From Octopus sinensis (lineage: Eukaryota): 64,000 nt of DNA. Location: positions 130,386,001-130,450,000 of the forward strand of contig NC_042998.1 in assembly GCF_006345805.1 (NCBI RefSeq), in the 5' to 3' direction. The notes under the pieces are model-generated. The model worked only from the letters and a program-made list of their open reading frames with translations. It made no database searches and was not told the origin of the DNA. The position numbers and the translations under genes are program-made. Below are positions 12,045 to 26,806 of this stretch, in pieces. Position 1 is the first letter of the stretch. Each line of letters starts with the position of its first letter.

Positions 12045-12716
12045 TATATTTATAATTTGTATTATATAATCGAACGCCACGCGTACTTTCCCAAGTAAGT
12101 TTTATCTTAATAATTACTATGCGCACACATATTCTATCTCTTTTCTGTCTATCTATCTCCCTCTCTTGTTCTCCCTTTCTGTTTTTCTCACCCACCTGTT
12201 CCCTATTCTTCTCCTCTCCTCATCACCGTTCCCTCTCTCCCTCTCTCCCATTCTTCCTCATTGACTCCGTCGTTGCTCACGCGTGACCAACAACCATTTT
12301 TCTTTCGTCTTCCTCCTTCCTAAAGATAAGACGTACTTTTAACTATCTATTCTTAAAGATCATCATTCCAGTGTTCACCACTTCACTTGGCTTAACTGCC
12401 TTCACTGTTTGTTTTTAATTTTTTGTTCTCACTTTCCTACTTCTATTACCACTTTCACCCTCCGCAAAAAATCCCAAATTTGATATAATTTTCTTTGCAG
12501 GAAGGACTGAAGTTGCGTCTTCTCCTTACCTTCCTAACGCAGAGTAGATAAAACAGGGAACAACTGATGAAGGGAATGTTCTTTATGTTGCATGTCTCTT
12601 TTCTCTGTATTTTTCGTTGTTCGAAAAAAATGCTCGTTTTATATGTGTTTGCTTATTATGTTCTCGTTTCTTATTCTGTCTACGTTTTTTTTCATGTCCT
12701 GTACCCATATATGCAG

Positions 12717-12751
<35 letters not shown>

Positions 12752-12875
12752 TATATATAATATATATATATTATATTATATATACATACATATGTATGTA
12801 TATATGCATATATTTATATATTATTTATATTATTATATGATCCAACGCCAGACATCGTTTTCCAAGTAAATTTAA
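11835..12875 (+). repeat. Diverged direct repeat pair (~11835-12110 and ~12540-12875)
   Basis: Both copies contain GAGTAGAT.AAACAG.G.ACAACTGATGAAGG.AATGTTCTTTA.GTTGCATGTCTC, ATGTCCTGTACCCATATAT and AACGCCA..TTTCCAAGTAA. Confidence 0.75.
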
Positions 12876-13057
12876 TCTATCTGTCTATCAATCTTGCTAT
12901 ATATATATTCTTTTTTCTTTAATTCTTTTACATCTATCAGCCCTATGGTTGTGGTCACACTAGAGCACCGCCCGTGTGGTTACTGTTACAATGACCATTT
13001 TATGTGACAGAAGAAGGAAGTTCGACATTGCTGACCTCTTTTAAGTCTCCTGCCTTA

Positions 13058-13089
<32 letters not shown>

Positions 13090-13407
13090 TATATATATTA
13101 TATTATAATATATATATAATACAGATATATAATATCTAACATACGTGAGAAAAGAGATCACAAAGGAATAAATAATTATATGTCACACATATACAGAAAT
13201 ATATTACAGTCTGACGTAGTATGGTGGAATACTATTTGGGATTTAAATTCCACCTAAATAAATGCCGATTTATATTAATTTGAAAGCTCGGGCTCCAGAG
13301 ATTGTCTAAGTCCTGATAAATATAATTGTTCATGTGTTGCTTTTGTTAACACTCGTTCTTGCAGCTTGATATTAATGTGTGTGTGTGTGTATGTTTGTGT
13401 GTGTGAA

Positions 13408-13439
<32 letters not shown>

Positions 13440-14749
13440 ATGGAACTGCATGCACAGAAGTAGACACGTACACGTACCTATACATACGATCAGAATGTAT
13501 AATGTACACTGGAACTATGAATACAGAGAACAAAATCTCTTCACTCGACAGTTTATGCACAACAAAGTTTAAATATGCTTAAATACTGCAATAAGATAAA
13601 TGCTGTAATAAGATAAAAGAAACTCATATAAATTTTCCATAGCATATCATTAAATATATGATATGTAATTATTCTTCGAACACATTTTATATTAATATCT
13701 AGAAAGCCTTAAACTCGCGTGAACATAAAAATAGCATAGGCTATAGAAAACATCCAGATCTAATTAAATGCATGTAAATTAAGTTGTTGAAGAATACGAT
13801 ACGAGAAAGTGTTGGTGGTTAATAGATTAATATCATGAAAAATCATGAGGTTTGCTACAATGAATTAATATGTATCACACGATAGGTTTTGAAACATTTG
13901 GCTTTATAAATTATTAAATTCTCAAGCACCACGTATGGATTATAGAATTTCTAACATTTTCTCTAACAATATAAATTATAACTGGATTTAATTACCGTTG
14001 TGACATCAAAGAATGAAGTAATTCGTTTATCTATAAATTAAACGTTAGCTGTGTGAAACTTGGGTAGACACTCGGCGAAATTATTTATTGACTGTCTGAT
14101 AAGAACGAAATACGACACTAGTTGACCAGTATAACGGCGCCTATCTTTGAAATTTCTACATGAATTTAGTATCTCGTTATTTATGTAAATTAATGTATTA
14201 AGCGATCTGAACACGAGATGCTTATAAGCTTATAAATTTCAAGTCAAACGTGAAAATGTTGATGAAACGTTAGCATAATTTGTAAACATATCTCGACGCC
14301 TACCAGTGTTTCAAAATGTGATGCCCGCATCACTTCGTCTTTATACCTATTTGCCATTAATGCAACCGCTTTATTATAAAGCATACATTGTGTATGTAGA
14401 AGAACACGCGATCGTGTACATGCATTTATACTTAACTACTTAAATAAATATATATGTCTGTGTGCACGTACATCCACACACACAAATATATGTGTGTGTG
14501 TGTGTGCGTATGTATGTATATATGTATGTATGTTTGCATGTGTGTGTATTGACATGGAGGTGATGGCGCAAACTGTTGTAATGCACATTTGAAGCCTTAC
14601 CAAAACTGCATGGTTGTGTATCAAAACTTCTTTAATGAAAAAGAAAAGAGATGCACCAAAGAAGAGGAGATTGCACACTGTCTGGTCCTAGAAGATGTTA
14701 TGCAGACGTAATGCGTGCTACCCCCAAAAAACAGCTACACTCAGATTTG

Positions 14750-16020
14750 AAAATGGCGGCAACTGATCAAAAAAATTTTTGTGCACGACGCACAAGATTT
14801 AGCAGCAGCTAATCTTGCTACGACAAATACAGACTTGGAAACACATCCATCACGATCAGAGGCCACGACAGTCAAGAGATACAGGAGAGTCATCACCAAC
14901 ACATTAGTCACACCCATATTTTTTATTGAATATCAGTGGTCTGTTTCACCTCAAGGACAAAATATCGCTTTCCTGAAAAATCTTGCAAGCAATGAAGCTT
15001 TATATAGAGCACTAGTGGACAAGCACCTAATACCTGATACAAAGGATGCAGAAGTACACATACTGTGGTATATTGTAATATGAGCAGAGAAAAGAGCAAG
15101 GAGTCACAGTGGAGTTGCAGTATAGATACGTGAGGAGCTAACGTCCCAGGTCCTGCTGTCACATTCAAAATCTGTATGCTGCACATATAAGACAACGTGA
15201 TATTGTCATACTACAGATCACTCCCCTGATGTCCCCAAATTACACAAGCAAGTTTGATGAATGCCTCTCAAAAACAGAAGTTCTCACCAAACTGGAACGA
15301 CATATCAGTGTATCCCTCTTGGGGAGAGCTTCCATTTTCCCAGTGTGGGATGGCCCGAGGATATCTTGCTCTTCGTGCTCTTCGGAATGACACTCTGCTA
15401 GCAAGCACTGGTAGAATCCCTACTCACCTTTACTAGTGCTTCCTTCATGGAGCAAACTGTGATCCAAGCAACCAAGGCAAGTGATATACTAGATCTCTAC
15501 TTCACGTTATGGATAATATCTACAAGGTGAAAATGTCACCGACACAAGTTTCAGATCATAATATAATAGAAATGATTATGTATGGACCAAAAGGAGTTGC
15601 AGACACACAGTCAATACGAGGACACATCAAATCACCCAATCTTGGCTTAAAGCAAACTGAAAATCCTCAAACAGAGTTGACCTAAATTTTTCTGCACATC
15701 GTACATTGGCATGAAACTTAAACGCTTCATATCCATAATGCAAGCCATATGCAAGGAATCTGTCCCAGAGCACAAGGCCAACACACACAAGATCGATATC
15801 CTTAGAGGGAGCAACATTTTGATGAGACGACGGACAAAGATCGCAAATTGACTTAACAAGCATTTCAATGTAGTGAAAAGTTCCGTCTGAAAACAACGCT
15901 GATGGAGGAAAGTCAGTGTAAAAATTAACGACGGAATTCCAAGAAATCCAGTGAAACTACGCAAAGAATATCGAATCAAAGTAGCATATCAGCTACTGGG
16001 AAAGCTGAAAAAAGTATGAA
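14750..16020 (+). mobile_element. Degenerate CR1-like LINE fragment (APE endonuclease region)
   Basis: 15450-15570 translates as FMEQTVIQATKASDILDLYFT..DNIYKVKMSPTQVSDHNII, matching the PTR..LDL.FT..SDH end of APE domains. Confidence 0.5.
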
Positions 16021-16049
16021 AAGAACATAGTCACATAAGGAGGGTGGGG

Positions 16050-16190
16050 AACGTAAGCAACTGATACTTGTTCTTTCGATTCCGAAACAATGAAAGGCAA
16101 AGTCAACCTCGGCAAAATTTGAACTTAGAAATTAAAGACGGACGAAATGCCAGTAAGCAGTTGCTCGGCATGTTAACGGGTCTGCAAGAA
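16050..16190 (+). mobile_element. Dispersed SINE-like repeat family B; other copies ~24330-24565(+), 39140-39330(-), 49735-49915(+), 59590-59745(-), 60110-60240(+), 60525-60700(+)
   Basis: Recurrent block ATGAAAGG.AAAGTC.ACCTC.GC.GAATTT.AACTCAGAAC...AAGACGGACGAAAT.CCGC.AAG seen in seven places in the window. Confidence 0.75.
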
Positions 16191-17344
16191 ACTGCCAAAG
16201 AAATCATTAATATCGCCTATTATTAGAATGTGTAAAGCGGTGGACAAAATGTTATTAGCATTTAAATAGAGTTATTTTTACGATCTGAGTCCAAGCGCCA
16301 ACGAAGTCACTGCTTGCCTTATTATTTCGGGATCGATAAGATAAATTACTAGACAATTATTTTGTTCAATTAAATATTCTAAAAAAAAAAAGCTAACCAA
16401 ACAAATAAATAAATAAAAATAGAATAAAAAATAAAGATAACACAAAGCCCCACACATACTAGATGTAAATATAATTATAAGAAATATTACTATTATGCAA
16501 AACTTGATATATAGTTTCACTAAGAGCCCGCCTCATTTCAAATTTCGTCTAGACATACGACATATGAGTGCTTCGGTTTTTTTAAATTTAGTATGTGTCA
16601 TGCATGTGTCTGACTCATATTTCAAGTCTTTAGAATGCGGCATGTATTAATGCTGCTGTTAAGAATGACATAGGCAAATAATATATTCTACAAAGTTCTT
16701 TGAACAACACACATACGTAACTTCAATTGATTAAAACTTCTCTTCAAACGATATTTTAAGAAAAATTCATTCACTTTTTCTGAGAAAGGTTTACATTTGT
16801 CATATTGATATATTTGCTCTTCAGATTTCAAATAATCGAACGTACTTTTATTTCTGTTGTTATCAAGGTTCTTTTAACTCGACAGCGAGTGAGGTACGAA
16901 AACGGATTGACCATTTTAGGCAAATGAATTAGCTGTGACATATAATGGAAAGCAATGGATATTTGATTTAAAGAATGAGCAAACCTTATTAATCATATTA
17001 GACAAAGTCAAGTGGTGACATACGGAGACGTGAGTCTAAAGTTTCAGACTAAATAGCTTTGACAGTGAAGTAAAAAAAGAAATAGATTAAATGTTGGAGA
17101 CACGAACGAAAGATGAAAAAGAAAATAAGTTTTAGATGAGATGAAAGTGGTTGCTTATGTACGAGGTTGAGTGAGATGTAAGTAATTTATAGAGCGATGT
17201 TATTGGTGGAAGTATTTATGAAAGCAATGGTTGGCAGTATGCTCAGGTTAACAAAACATTTTCGACATTGGAAAAAATGTGGTTACAAATAAGAGGACAT
17301 ATACACAAACACACACACACGGCATTTGTATTTGTGTCTACAAA

Positions 17345-17412
<68 letters not shown>

Positions 17413-17697
17413 TGCATACATATATATATAAAATTAACAGAATGAGATAAAAATCCAAGGCTGTGAAAGTGGTCTTACAGCTGTTTCAGGGAGAAATGGA
17501 AACAAACGTGAGATATGCAAGGATATTGCATCTGCACTTCCAGTATTTAAGCGGAATGGTATTCATATAAGTTTCCTGTACCTTGTGTGTACGTTCTAAA
17601 AGTATTTGAAATTGGTCATTCCAAGCATAGAGATTGTAAATGGTGTTATTGGATCAAGGGGTTTTGGACTTCAAAAAAACCCTCGATCCACATTTAC

Positions 17698-17740
<43 letters not shown>

Positions 17741-18009
17741 GTGTGTGTGTGTGGTGTGTGTGTGTGTGTGTGTGTTTGTGTATTTGTGTGTGTGTGCGTT
17801 TGTGTGTGTGTGTGGGGGGAACAGTGTTGTATTTCTAAACACATACATAGGTTTATACAAAGTTGAAAATCGCAGAGAGGAACAAACATATAAACGCAAA
17901 AATATTCCTACTTGTACGTATTACTGGACATTAATGCATACAGACCATACATACATACTTACATATATATTAGTATTGCTATAACTATTATTATAATCAT
18001 TATTATTAA

Positions 18010-18040
<31 letters not shown>

Positions 18041-18356
18041 GTATTATTGTCGCTGTTGTTGTTGTTGGTGTTGTTTTTTTGTTGTTGTTGTTGCTGCTGT
18101 TGTTGTCTATTTTATTTACTATAATCAGTAATATCCATATATGAGGCCGCTTTTCAAGATTTCTATAGCTGTAGAGATAAATTCGCTGAAGATATTAAAA
18201 CGAAAATCTTCAAATTGCCATTTCATTCTTTACATTGTCAAGCACATACTTATGAGTTGCTTTGCTATTCTCTATTGTTTAAACAAATTTTAATAGGTCC
18301 GGGCATTTTATGTGATAACAAAGCATATCTACGAATTTTGCATTCTTCAGAGAGGG

Positions 18357-18399
<43 letters not shown>

Positions 18400-18555
18400 T
18401 TCAAATCAAATTCATTAATAACACATATATACAAAGTAGGCACTCGTTGCATACACAGTGAAGTGTGCATCGTTTCAGAAATAAACAAAAACATCCGTCA
18501 TAACTACATATTGTTTAGAAGGCACGTATATATATATATATATATATACATACAT

Positions 18556-18594
<39 letters not shown>

Positions 18595-18630
18595 AAATAC
18601 ATATATACATGCATATATATATATATCTAA

Positions 18631-18668
<38 letters not shown>

Positions 18669-18773
18669 GTATGTATATATATATATTATATATATATGAA
18701 ATATACGAAGCGGAAATGCGTATATATGTAAGTATACATATATATGTGTGTACCTGCATGTCGCTCTCCATCC

Positions 18774-18855
<82 letters not shown>

Positions 18856-18998
18856 TTATATATATACACACACACATGAATACATTTATGTATATGTATA
18901 TATATATATATTATATATATATATATACGTGTGTGTGTATGCATATATGTATTCATGTATATATATATAAGTATGTATGTCTATATATATATATTTAT

Positions 18999-19041
<43 letters not shown>

Positions 19042-19656
19042 ATTGAGAGACAGAGAAAGAAAGAGAGATGTACGCTTAATTATATATATATGTGTGACTA
19101 CACACACACATGTACTTGCATACATACATAAGTATTTTCACATCACAGAGACTGTAAATTCTACCACCCCCATAAACACACACACACACGCAAATGCATC
19201 TTAATCGCATACAAGTGTTTTTATACGTTTATGTTCCCTACTACTTACTTGGCAGCCATTCTTTTTAAATACGCTTAATACACGCAATTAGCCTCTATGA
19301 ATAAATGCTTATTCATTATGATTCAAAAATTTCTTTGAATTATGTATACATGTATACATACATATATGTATATATTTATTAACATATATACATATACATA
19401 TATTATATATATATATATAATATATATATATAGATAGATAGATATACACATATATATTTGTACACGCACACAAACATACTCACATATATACATGTATGCA
19501 TAGATACGTATTTGTGTTTTAGTTTGCGTTGCTTATCTCTGTTTTTTCGTTCATAAATATATTCATATTCATACACATAAACACATAATGTGCTGTATGA
19601 GTATACTCATGTATCTATCACAATGAATGTTTTCTCTCTATTGATCTATCTTCCTT

Positions 19657-19701
<45 letters not shown>

Positions 19702-21112
19702 GAGGGGATAGACAAATAAATTGACAGAGTAAAATAGAATCATTGATACAGCTACATGAGGAGTATGTATATATATACATAGAAAGAGTGCGAGAGAAGT
19801 ATACACGCATTTACACACACTTACATATGCTTATATATACATACATATATATATATATATATGCATACAGACACGGGTTCACAAATACACACATTCACAC
19901 TTATAGAAGTCACCAAGCTGGCACTGACGCACAAAACGCCGCACACATAGTCACACTTAAGGCTGTATATAGTCCATAGAACATATCACCCACAATCAGG
20001 CATGTGCGAGCACATACAATTACACTTATATGCACGAACGGTTCCACACGCTCAAAAAGAGTAAATGATGATTAAACAAAAGAAAACAAAAAATACATAG
20101 CAAAGGGGAAAATACAATTAGGAAGTGTGAAAATGATATTATAATTCGTATTTACGCATGAGCAATTAAAGAATAGTATTTGGAGCGTAGCTGCGGTGAT
20201 ACTCAATTACAATTGCGAGGAAGAATGATTTGTAGTGTATCAGGGGACTGGGGTCGGATTTTATGAAATGATATGCAAGGATCTTATGTCTCATTCTAAC
20301 AATCCCATATTTTGTTGTTGCGGTTATTGTTCTTTTATTTATATCATGACTCTGGTCGTCTGAAGATTTGTTAATTGCAAAAATTCGAGCATAAAATCTT
20401 AGCGTAATTATTTGAAAGACATGTAAATGTATAAATACGAGCAAAAACAATTTAAAAGAACGAAAATAAATGAAAACAAAGAAATCTTGAAATGGAAGAT
20501 AATATAGTTAAAAAGATTTTCGTTTATAGCCATCTTGACAACTAAAAGAAATATGATAAAAATGATAAAAACTATCCTAGTCATAACCTTACATCCCACC
20601 TATACCCATTTCATTATGCTACAGATCTACCACCGTGTCATTTTTATTGTCTTCTATCTTTTGTCTAATTTTTGCCTAATGGTAATTTTAATCTATATCG
20701 GACTGTCAGATTCCCTCTCACTCTGTTTACTCTCTCCTGCTATATGCAAGTGAGCAATTATGAGTCTGAGCGTGAATGTGTGTATATCTGTGTGCGTGAG
20801 AGATCTTTTGATGACTATTTCACACCTCAAACGTGAAGGCACATTTTAATATCAGTTAATGCGTTAAGCTAATTGCTTATTTTCTCAAATTTTGTTTCTG
20901 AAGCATTTTGTAATTTATTGCACATTGTGTTTACAACAATAAACTCCTATGTAAAAATGAATGCCTTGAAATAATAGATTTTGTTTTCTAATTTCAGGCA
21001 AAAGACAGGCATTTTGGATGGGAAGTCAATTTCATGAAAGTCAGTACTTGACGAGGTACTCATTTCAAAATTGACCTAGGTTGAGCTTAAACTCGGCAAC
21101 AGTTTAATAATA

Positions 21113-22601
21113 ATGGATGACCTCAAACTTTATGGTAAACATGCATCTCAAGTCAGTTCCCTCGTTGATACGGTTTATACATTCAGTGCTGATATCAGAA
21201 TGGAGATCGGACTGAAAAAGTGTGGTGTGTTAGTTTTGAAGAGAGGCAAAATCAAATGTATGGACGCGCTAGAGATATCGTCGGGTCAGATTATGAAGCA
21301 GAAAGAAGAGACGGGCTAAAAGTGCTTGAGGATATTGGAGATGGATAAACGGATGGCGAAAGAAATGACAGAAAAATTTAAGGTGGAGTACTTACGCAGA
21401 CTGAGACTGATCCTTAAGTCGAAATTAAACGGATGGAATGAGATTGAAGCTACCAACACCTGGTAGCAGAGGTAGTCGTATGGAAATTAGACGAACTAAA
21501 CAGACTAGACAGAAATACAAGAAAGTTGCTGACTAGATATTAGATACTTCACCCAAAAGGTGACACAGACAGACTGTATGTACCAAGAAAAAAAGCAGGA
21601 AGAGGACTTATTGGATGCGAACGCAGCATTAGCGCAGAAGAAGACAACATAGCATGGTATGTAAAAAATGCCACAGAACCACTATTACTGGAAGTAAGGT
21701 CAGGCTTGTGTAGGATGGAAGATTGCAAAGATAAAGCACAGTAAAGCACTTTAGAATGAATAAACTGAAAATAGGTGAATAAAGAAGGGAATACATGGAC
21801 AATTTCAGAGAGATGTCGAAGATAAGACAAACAGAGAAAAAATAGCTATGGAAGACTAAAAGTGGTTTAAAACCGGAAACGGAGGTTCTAATCTGTGTTG
21901 CCCAAAATCAAGCACTAAGAACTTATTATATCAACAACAGAATAGAAAACCCATCAGAAAGTGGTAAGTGCAGAATCTGTGGACAAAATGGTGAAACCGT
22001 ATGACATATTACCAACAAATGTACGCCACTAGCTCAGAAAGAATATATGAGATACTACGTCAATATAGCAAGGCTTGTCCGTTGGACACTTTGCAACAAG
22101 TATGGACTTGGCAGAGAAAAAAATTGGTATGACTACAAACCTGAAGGCAGCATCGAAAATGGTAATGCAAAGATCCTATGGGATTTTGTGATTCAGGGCG
22201 ACCATGAGATAGAGAATAGGAAGCCAGACAGTCTTAATTGAGAAAGAAAACAAATTATCCTAGATCATAGATATAGCATGCCCAGCTGACAACAAGGTAC
22301 GCGATAAGGAAGAAAGAAAAGTCGGGAGATTTGACAGCTTAGCTTGGGAAGTTCACCGGTTGCGGTTGAGGACAAACGTAGCAGTAGTACCAATAATTGC
22401 CGGCACCATGGGAAAAGTGTGCAAAAATCTCGAGAAGTACGTGGAACAAATAGGGTCTGCAAAATAAGGGTGGAGCTCTTGCAGTAAGTAGCATTGCTTG
22501 AAACCGCTCGAATACTCCGGAAGGTGCTCGAAAAGTAAGAGGTGTTACCTTAGTTTACTGATAGTGAGAAGCTAACACCGTAGTGCATCTCCAGCGTTAG
22601 A
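21113..22601 (+). mobile_element. 5'-truncated R4/Dong-clade non-LTR retrotransposon (RT C-terminus, CCHC knuckle, restriction-like endonuclease)
   Basis: MDDLKLY..IGLKKCGVL; CRICGQNGETV*HITNKC; ENRKPD..IIDIACPADNKVRDKEERK; terminal VALLETARILRKVLEK*. Confidence 0.85.
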
Positions 22602-22661
22602 ATAATGATGATGATGATAATAATAATAATAATAATATAATAATAATAATAATAATAATAA

Positions 22662-22692
<31 letters not shown>

Positions 22693-22746
22693 AAGAAGAA
22701 GAAGAAGAAGAAGAAGAAGAAGAAGAAGAAGAAGAAGAAGAAGAAA
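22602..22746. repeat. (TAA)n-(GAA)n microsatellite at the 3' end of the R4/Dong element
   Basis: Directly visible. Confidence 0.95.
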
Positions 22747-23185
22747 AATGACCTACAAACGAAGTTAAGATATTTTCCTGCGAATTCCATGTAATATGCT
22801 CAGTGAAATAGAGCAAGTTTATATCTAGTTCAAATTTATATTTTACATTATTTATAACAATTTAAACGATAGATACGACAATAAATAACGGCAGATATAT
22901 TTAACTATATTTAACTATCTCTCTCTTTCACTCTCTCTAGCTTTCTCTCTCTCTCTACACACACACACGCACCCACACAAAGGCATGTATGCACACACAC
23001 ACATGATAGGGAATGTGGTTGTTCGTCATTTCAAGACGAGAATTCAGTTGTTCGATCAGATGATATACTTTTAAATTATCGTATGTGTGACCGATTGTTT
23101 AATAGATATATGCATTATTAACAATTCTCAGTCAGTATCACCATGATACATCCTATGACAAGAACGTACAATTCACTTGTCAGGC

Positions 23186-23340
23186 TTCTCTACAGTTTCT
23201 ATCTGCTGAGTTTCATTCAGAAAATATTGGTCGATCAGAAGCTATAGAAAATATTTGCCTAATATTTCCACTTCGTGTGAATGAATCCGAGACACGTTTG
23301 TTGATAAGCGAACTTCTGAATCTTTCAGTCATGTTCAGCC
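23186..23340 (-). mobile_element. tRNA-derived SINE family A, 5' part, degenerate
   Basis: Reverse complement resembles 42262-42412 (GGTCGA.CAA...CTGAAAGAAG block). Confidence 0.5.
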
Positions 23341-24779
23341 TACATAAAGGCACAGGCGAATATATGCCCACGCGCGCACTTATGTAGTGTGTGCGCTAAT
23401 GTAATAAACTAGAAACAATTATTTAAGTATTAGATTATTATTGCAAACATCCTTCATGTTATGTTTACCTCAGATTATATAATATCTCAGTGAGGGAAAT
23501 TGCAACCCATGACCTCTAATTTTTGGATAAACTCTTTAATTTAAAAACTACACTTTCTCATTAGCCTGAAGGCGGCTTCTTCATAGTTTAGGTAAAATAA
23601 AGTAATTAAGAATATATTAAAAAAACCTATTAAATGTAAGTACTTCCATTTTTCCAAATTGAACCAATGTCCGTACATTCCACGTACCAAGCCTTCTTCT
23701 GGTTTTGGCTCTCAGAATTATGGTGTTTAGAGATCCTGACTTTCGTTTGACTCTCATCAAAGTCTCTCATTGTTAGATAAGGTCTATTGTCATAATTGCT
23801 CGTAGGTTTTGCGGTTGGCTTTCATTAACTATTTCTGTCGCTGTTCCAGTTTTACGGGGCTAGATTGATGGTCTAACAATCAAGTTTCTACACTTTTCTC
23901 AAGCCTAGGAGCGGTATGATGGAACATACATGCCAAGTCGACAGAAGCAGTATTAGTTCAGAATTAACGATCTCCGTACATACTTAATGCGTGTATCATT
24001 TTCAAAGCTTTCTAAACTACAGCAATCGTCTTGAGCAAGTATTTTTTATAGACATAAGTCCATGCGAAGATCGCTAAGCAGTAGCAGTGAATCGTTAGAT
24101 CTAGAGTTCTGCTTGTTAACGTTATCGTTTACAAGTATCTACGTCACTAGAGACGAAACAAAATACGGCTGCATGCTCATATATAGATAATAGTTAAAAT
24201 GTGATTGCAAGCCCACTGTTGTATCTAAGCGGCAAACTGGACAAAAATTCATTATCAGCGATTGAAGCAGTATTTGTTCAAAATTAGCAGTCTGTACACA
24301 CGCTTGAAGTGCATATACCACTGGCAGACTTTAGTGTTCGGAACAGAGAAAAATGTCGGTTTCAAATTTTGGCACTAGGCCAGCACGTTTTGGAGAGAGT
24401 GTAAGTCGATACCATCGACCTCGGAGATCAACTGGTACTTATTTTATCGAAACCAAAAGGATGAAAGGTAAAGTCGACCTCTGCGGAATTTAAACTCAGT
24501 ACGTGAAGACGGTTGAGATATTGCTAAGTATTTTACCCGGCATGACTCTGCCAGCTCGCCGTCTTAAGAGCAGAGAAAAATACCTGCAGCAGGCAAAGCT
24601 TGACTAGGAGTGGTGATAGAATATTGCTACAGCATTGAAGCTGGCAATGTCTATATGAGATCCGTACGTTATGCAGACAAAATGCGATCAAATACTCAAA
24701 TATTACTCTGTCAACTACTAGAATCTTATATTTTAGTAGATTTAATGTGATACTTAAACTGGGACGTCTTTTGGAGGTC

Positions 24780-25170
24780 ATGGTTTGAGAAATATATGGC
24801 TGGACTATATAAGTGCATTTACAAGGTTCCCACGAGCAGAAAGACTCCATCAAATCGGCACTTGTGAGTGATACAGAGTTTGAAAATGTTACTGAGTATG
24901 AAGAAGTTTATTTGTAATTGCCCCATGACTAGTGTTTTATCTAACAAAAAATTTATTTGAGTATACGGATGTCAATAGAAATTCCAATAATTAAACTTAA
25001 GATTATCGATAAAATATTGCCAAAATATTGGCACTTATAGAAAAAGGTCTCCAAGATTTTGCTGATAACAACACTAATGGTGCTCGAATATGAAAATTAC
25101 AAAAGCCGTCTGCAATGACTTCAGTTCCACACTGAGCTGTACTGTGATACCTTTGGCCATAAACACTTTT
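24780..25170 (+). mobile_element. Possible pogo/Tigger transposase C-terminal remnant
   Basis: KILALIEKGLQDFADNNTNGARI and VLSNKNLFE resemble the Tigger C-terminus (..IEKGLQ.LE..DPN.ER; LTNEDL.EL). Heavily interrupted. Confidence 0.35.
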
Positions 25171-26059
25171 GGATAAGCTCTTCACTCCTTAAGTATGTGA
25201 TGACGATGATAAAGATAGAGAATAGTATTCCTCCTACTCACAGCCACTCTCTTTCCATCACCACCTGTCAAATAATAGGGAAAATATTTTGTGATATGAA
25301 TTCTACTACGATATTACGATTCTTTTTTTATTTTTCACTGCCTATCATATTTCGCTTCAAAAGTTTTCATGCACACACACACACACACATACACAGACAA
25401 ATGCACATACGGATACAAAGATACACATATATTGTACTATGTATATTTTGATGTTAATTTCGCGCAAATAAACTCTATTTGAACATAAGTAAATGTTTGT
25501 GTAGTACAACTTTCTGCATGTCATCTTCGTACACATATTTACATGCATCTATTATATATGAGCGTGTAAAAATATGTAAGTACATATGCAAGATGAGATA
25601 ATTTACGTTCCCATTTATTTTTATATTTACTGTTAATTTCTATACATATATATTTTATGTATTTATATATATGAATAAATATATGAATGTATTTATATTT
25701 ATATATGCATTGAAATATATATGAATATATCTATAAATCTATCCATTTCTTACTTCTTGCGAATTTATACACCCTTATCACTTAAATGTTTATACACATA
25801 ATTATCCCATATAATATGATACTTAAATACACGGTTAATCAATATGTATTATTCATCTCTATACTTTTTAATAATTACCCTGAGTATATTATATATCATA
25901 TTACATATTATGTTTTACTAAATATATATCATTTACCCATTTTATAAGGTTTATACCACATTTATTCATAAAGCAATACTCAGTTAGCTAAAATATTCCG
26001 TACAATTAACACATAAAAATGTAATGGTATATCTTTTTTTCTACCTCCGACGAGAAACT

Positions 26060-26747
26060 CTTTTATAATGATTTTGGGGATGCATAAAAAGTGATGGTTC
26101 AATAAAGTTGGTGATAATTGACGGTAACTTGCATAGTGTCAAATACATCAGGACTTGGATGAAGGTGAGACTTTTCAGCATGACGGAGCTCCATGCCACA
26201 GATCGCGTGCAACACAACAGAGTCTGGCTGATGAAGGTGTTACCGTATTAGAAGATTGGCCAGTGCAGAGCTCTGACTTAAATATCATCGAGCAAATGTG
26301 GATAGAACTAAAGAGGAGAATTCTTCAGAAGATCCACGCAACATTTGTGCTGTGGGAGTTGTGGGAGCTCAGCCACAGAGGATGGCATCTCATTCCTGTG
26401 AAGATGCTGAAGGATTTGTACGCATCTCTTCTCAGGCGCATTGAAGCAATTATTCAAACTAAGGGAAGCCATGTGAAATATTAACAATGGACAGCAACTT
26501 CTTGAAATGAACATTATGTAATAAATTTTCGTTATAGACATTTTCCTATCTTAAAACACTGTGTCTTGATTGGTTTATGTGAGGTGGTCGAAAACTTTTA
26601 CACGGACATTTTTGGTGATCGTCTCGCATCATCCTATCTCAATAACTCCAACAGGGCTGTTTCATCAGTAAAAAACGCAATGCGAAACCTCCACTTATAA
26701 GTTAGCAATTAGTAGAAATTTACAATAGCTTAAAATGGCCGGTACTG
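26060..26747 (+). mobile_element. Tc1-family (DD34E-type) transposon 3' remnant
   Basis: ORF 26155-26484 has FQHDGAPCH..WPVQSSDLNIIEQMW..KGSHVKY. The terminus is AATGGCCGGTACTG|TA, a Tc1-like TIR end. Confidence 0.85.
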
Positions 26748-26751
26748 TATA

Positions 26752-26806
<55 letters not shown>

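Noticed and set aside
5411-19125. Numerous YI/HT/CV-rich short ORFs
   Set aside because: They are (TA)n and (CA)n microsatellite artefacts.
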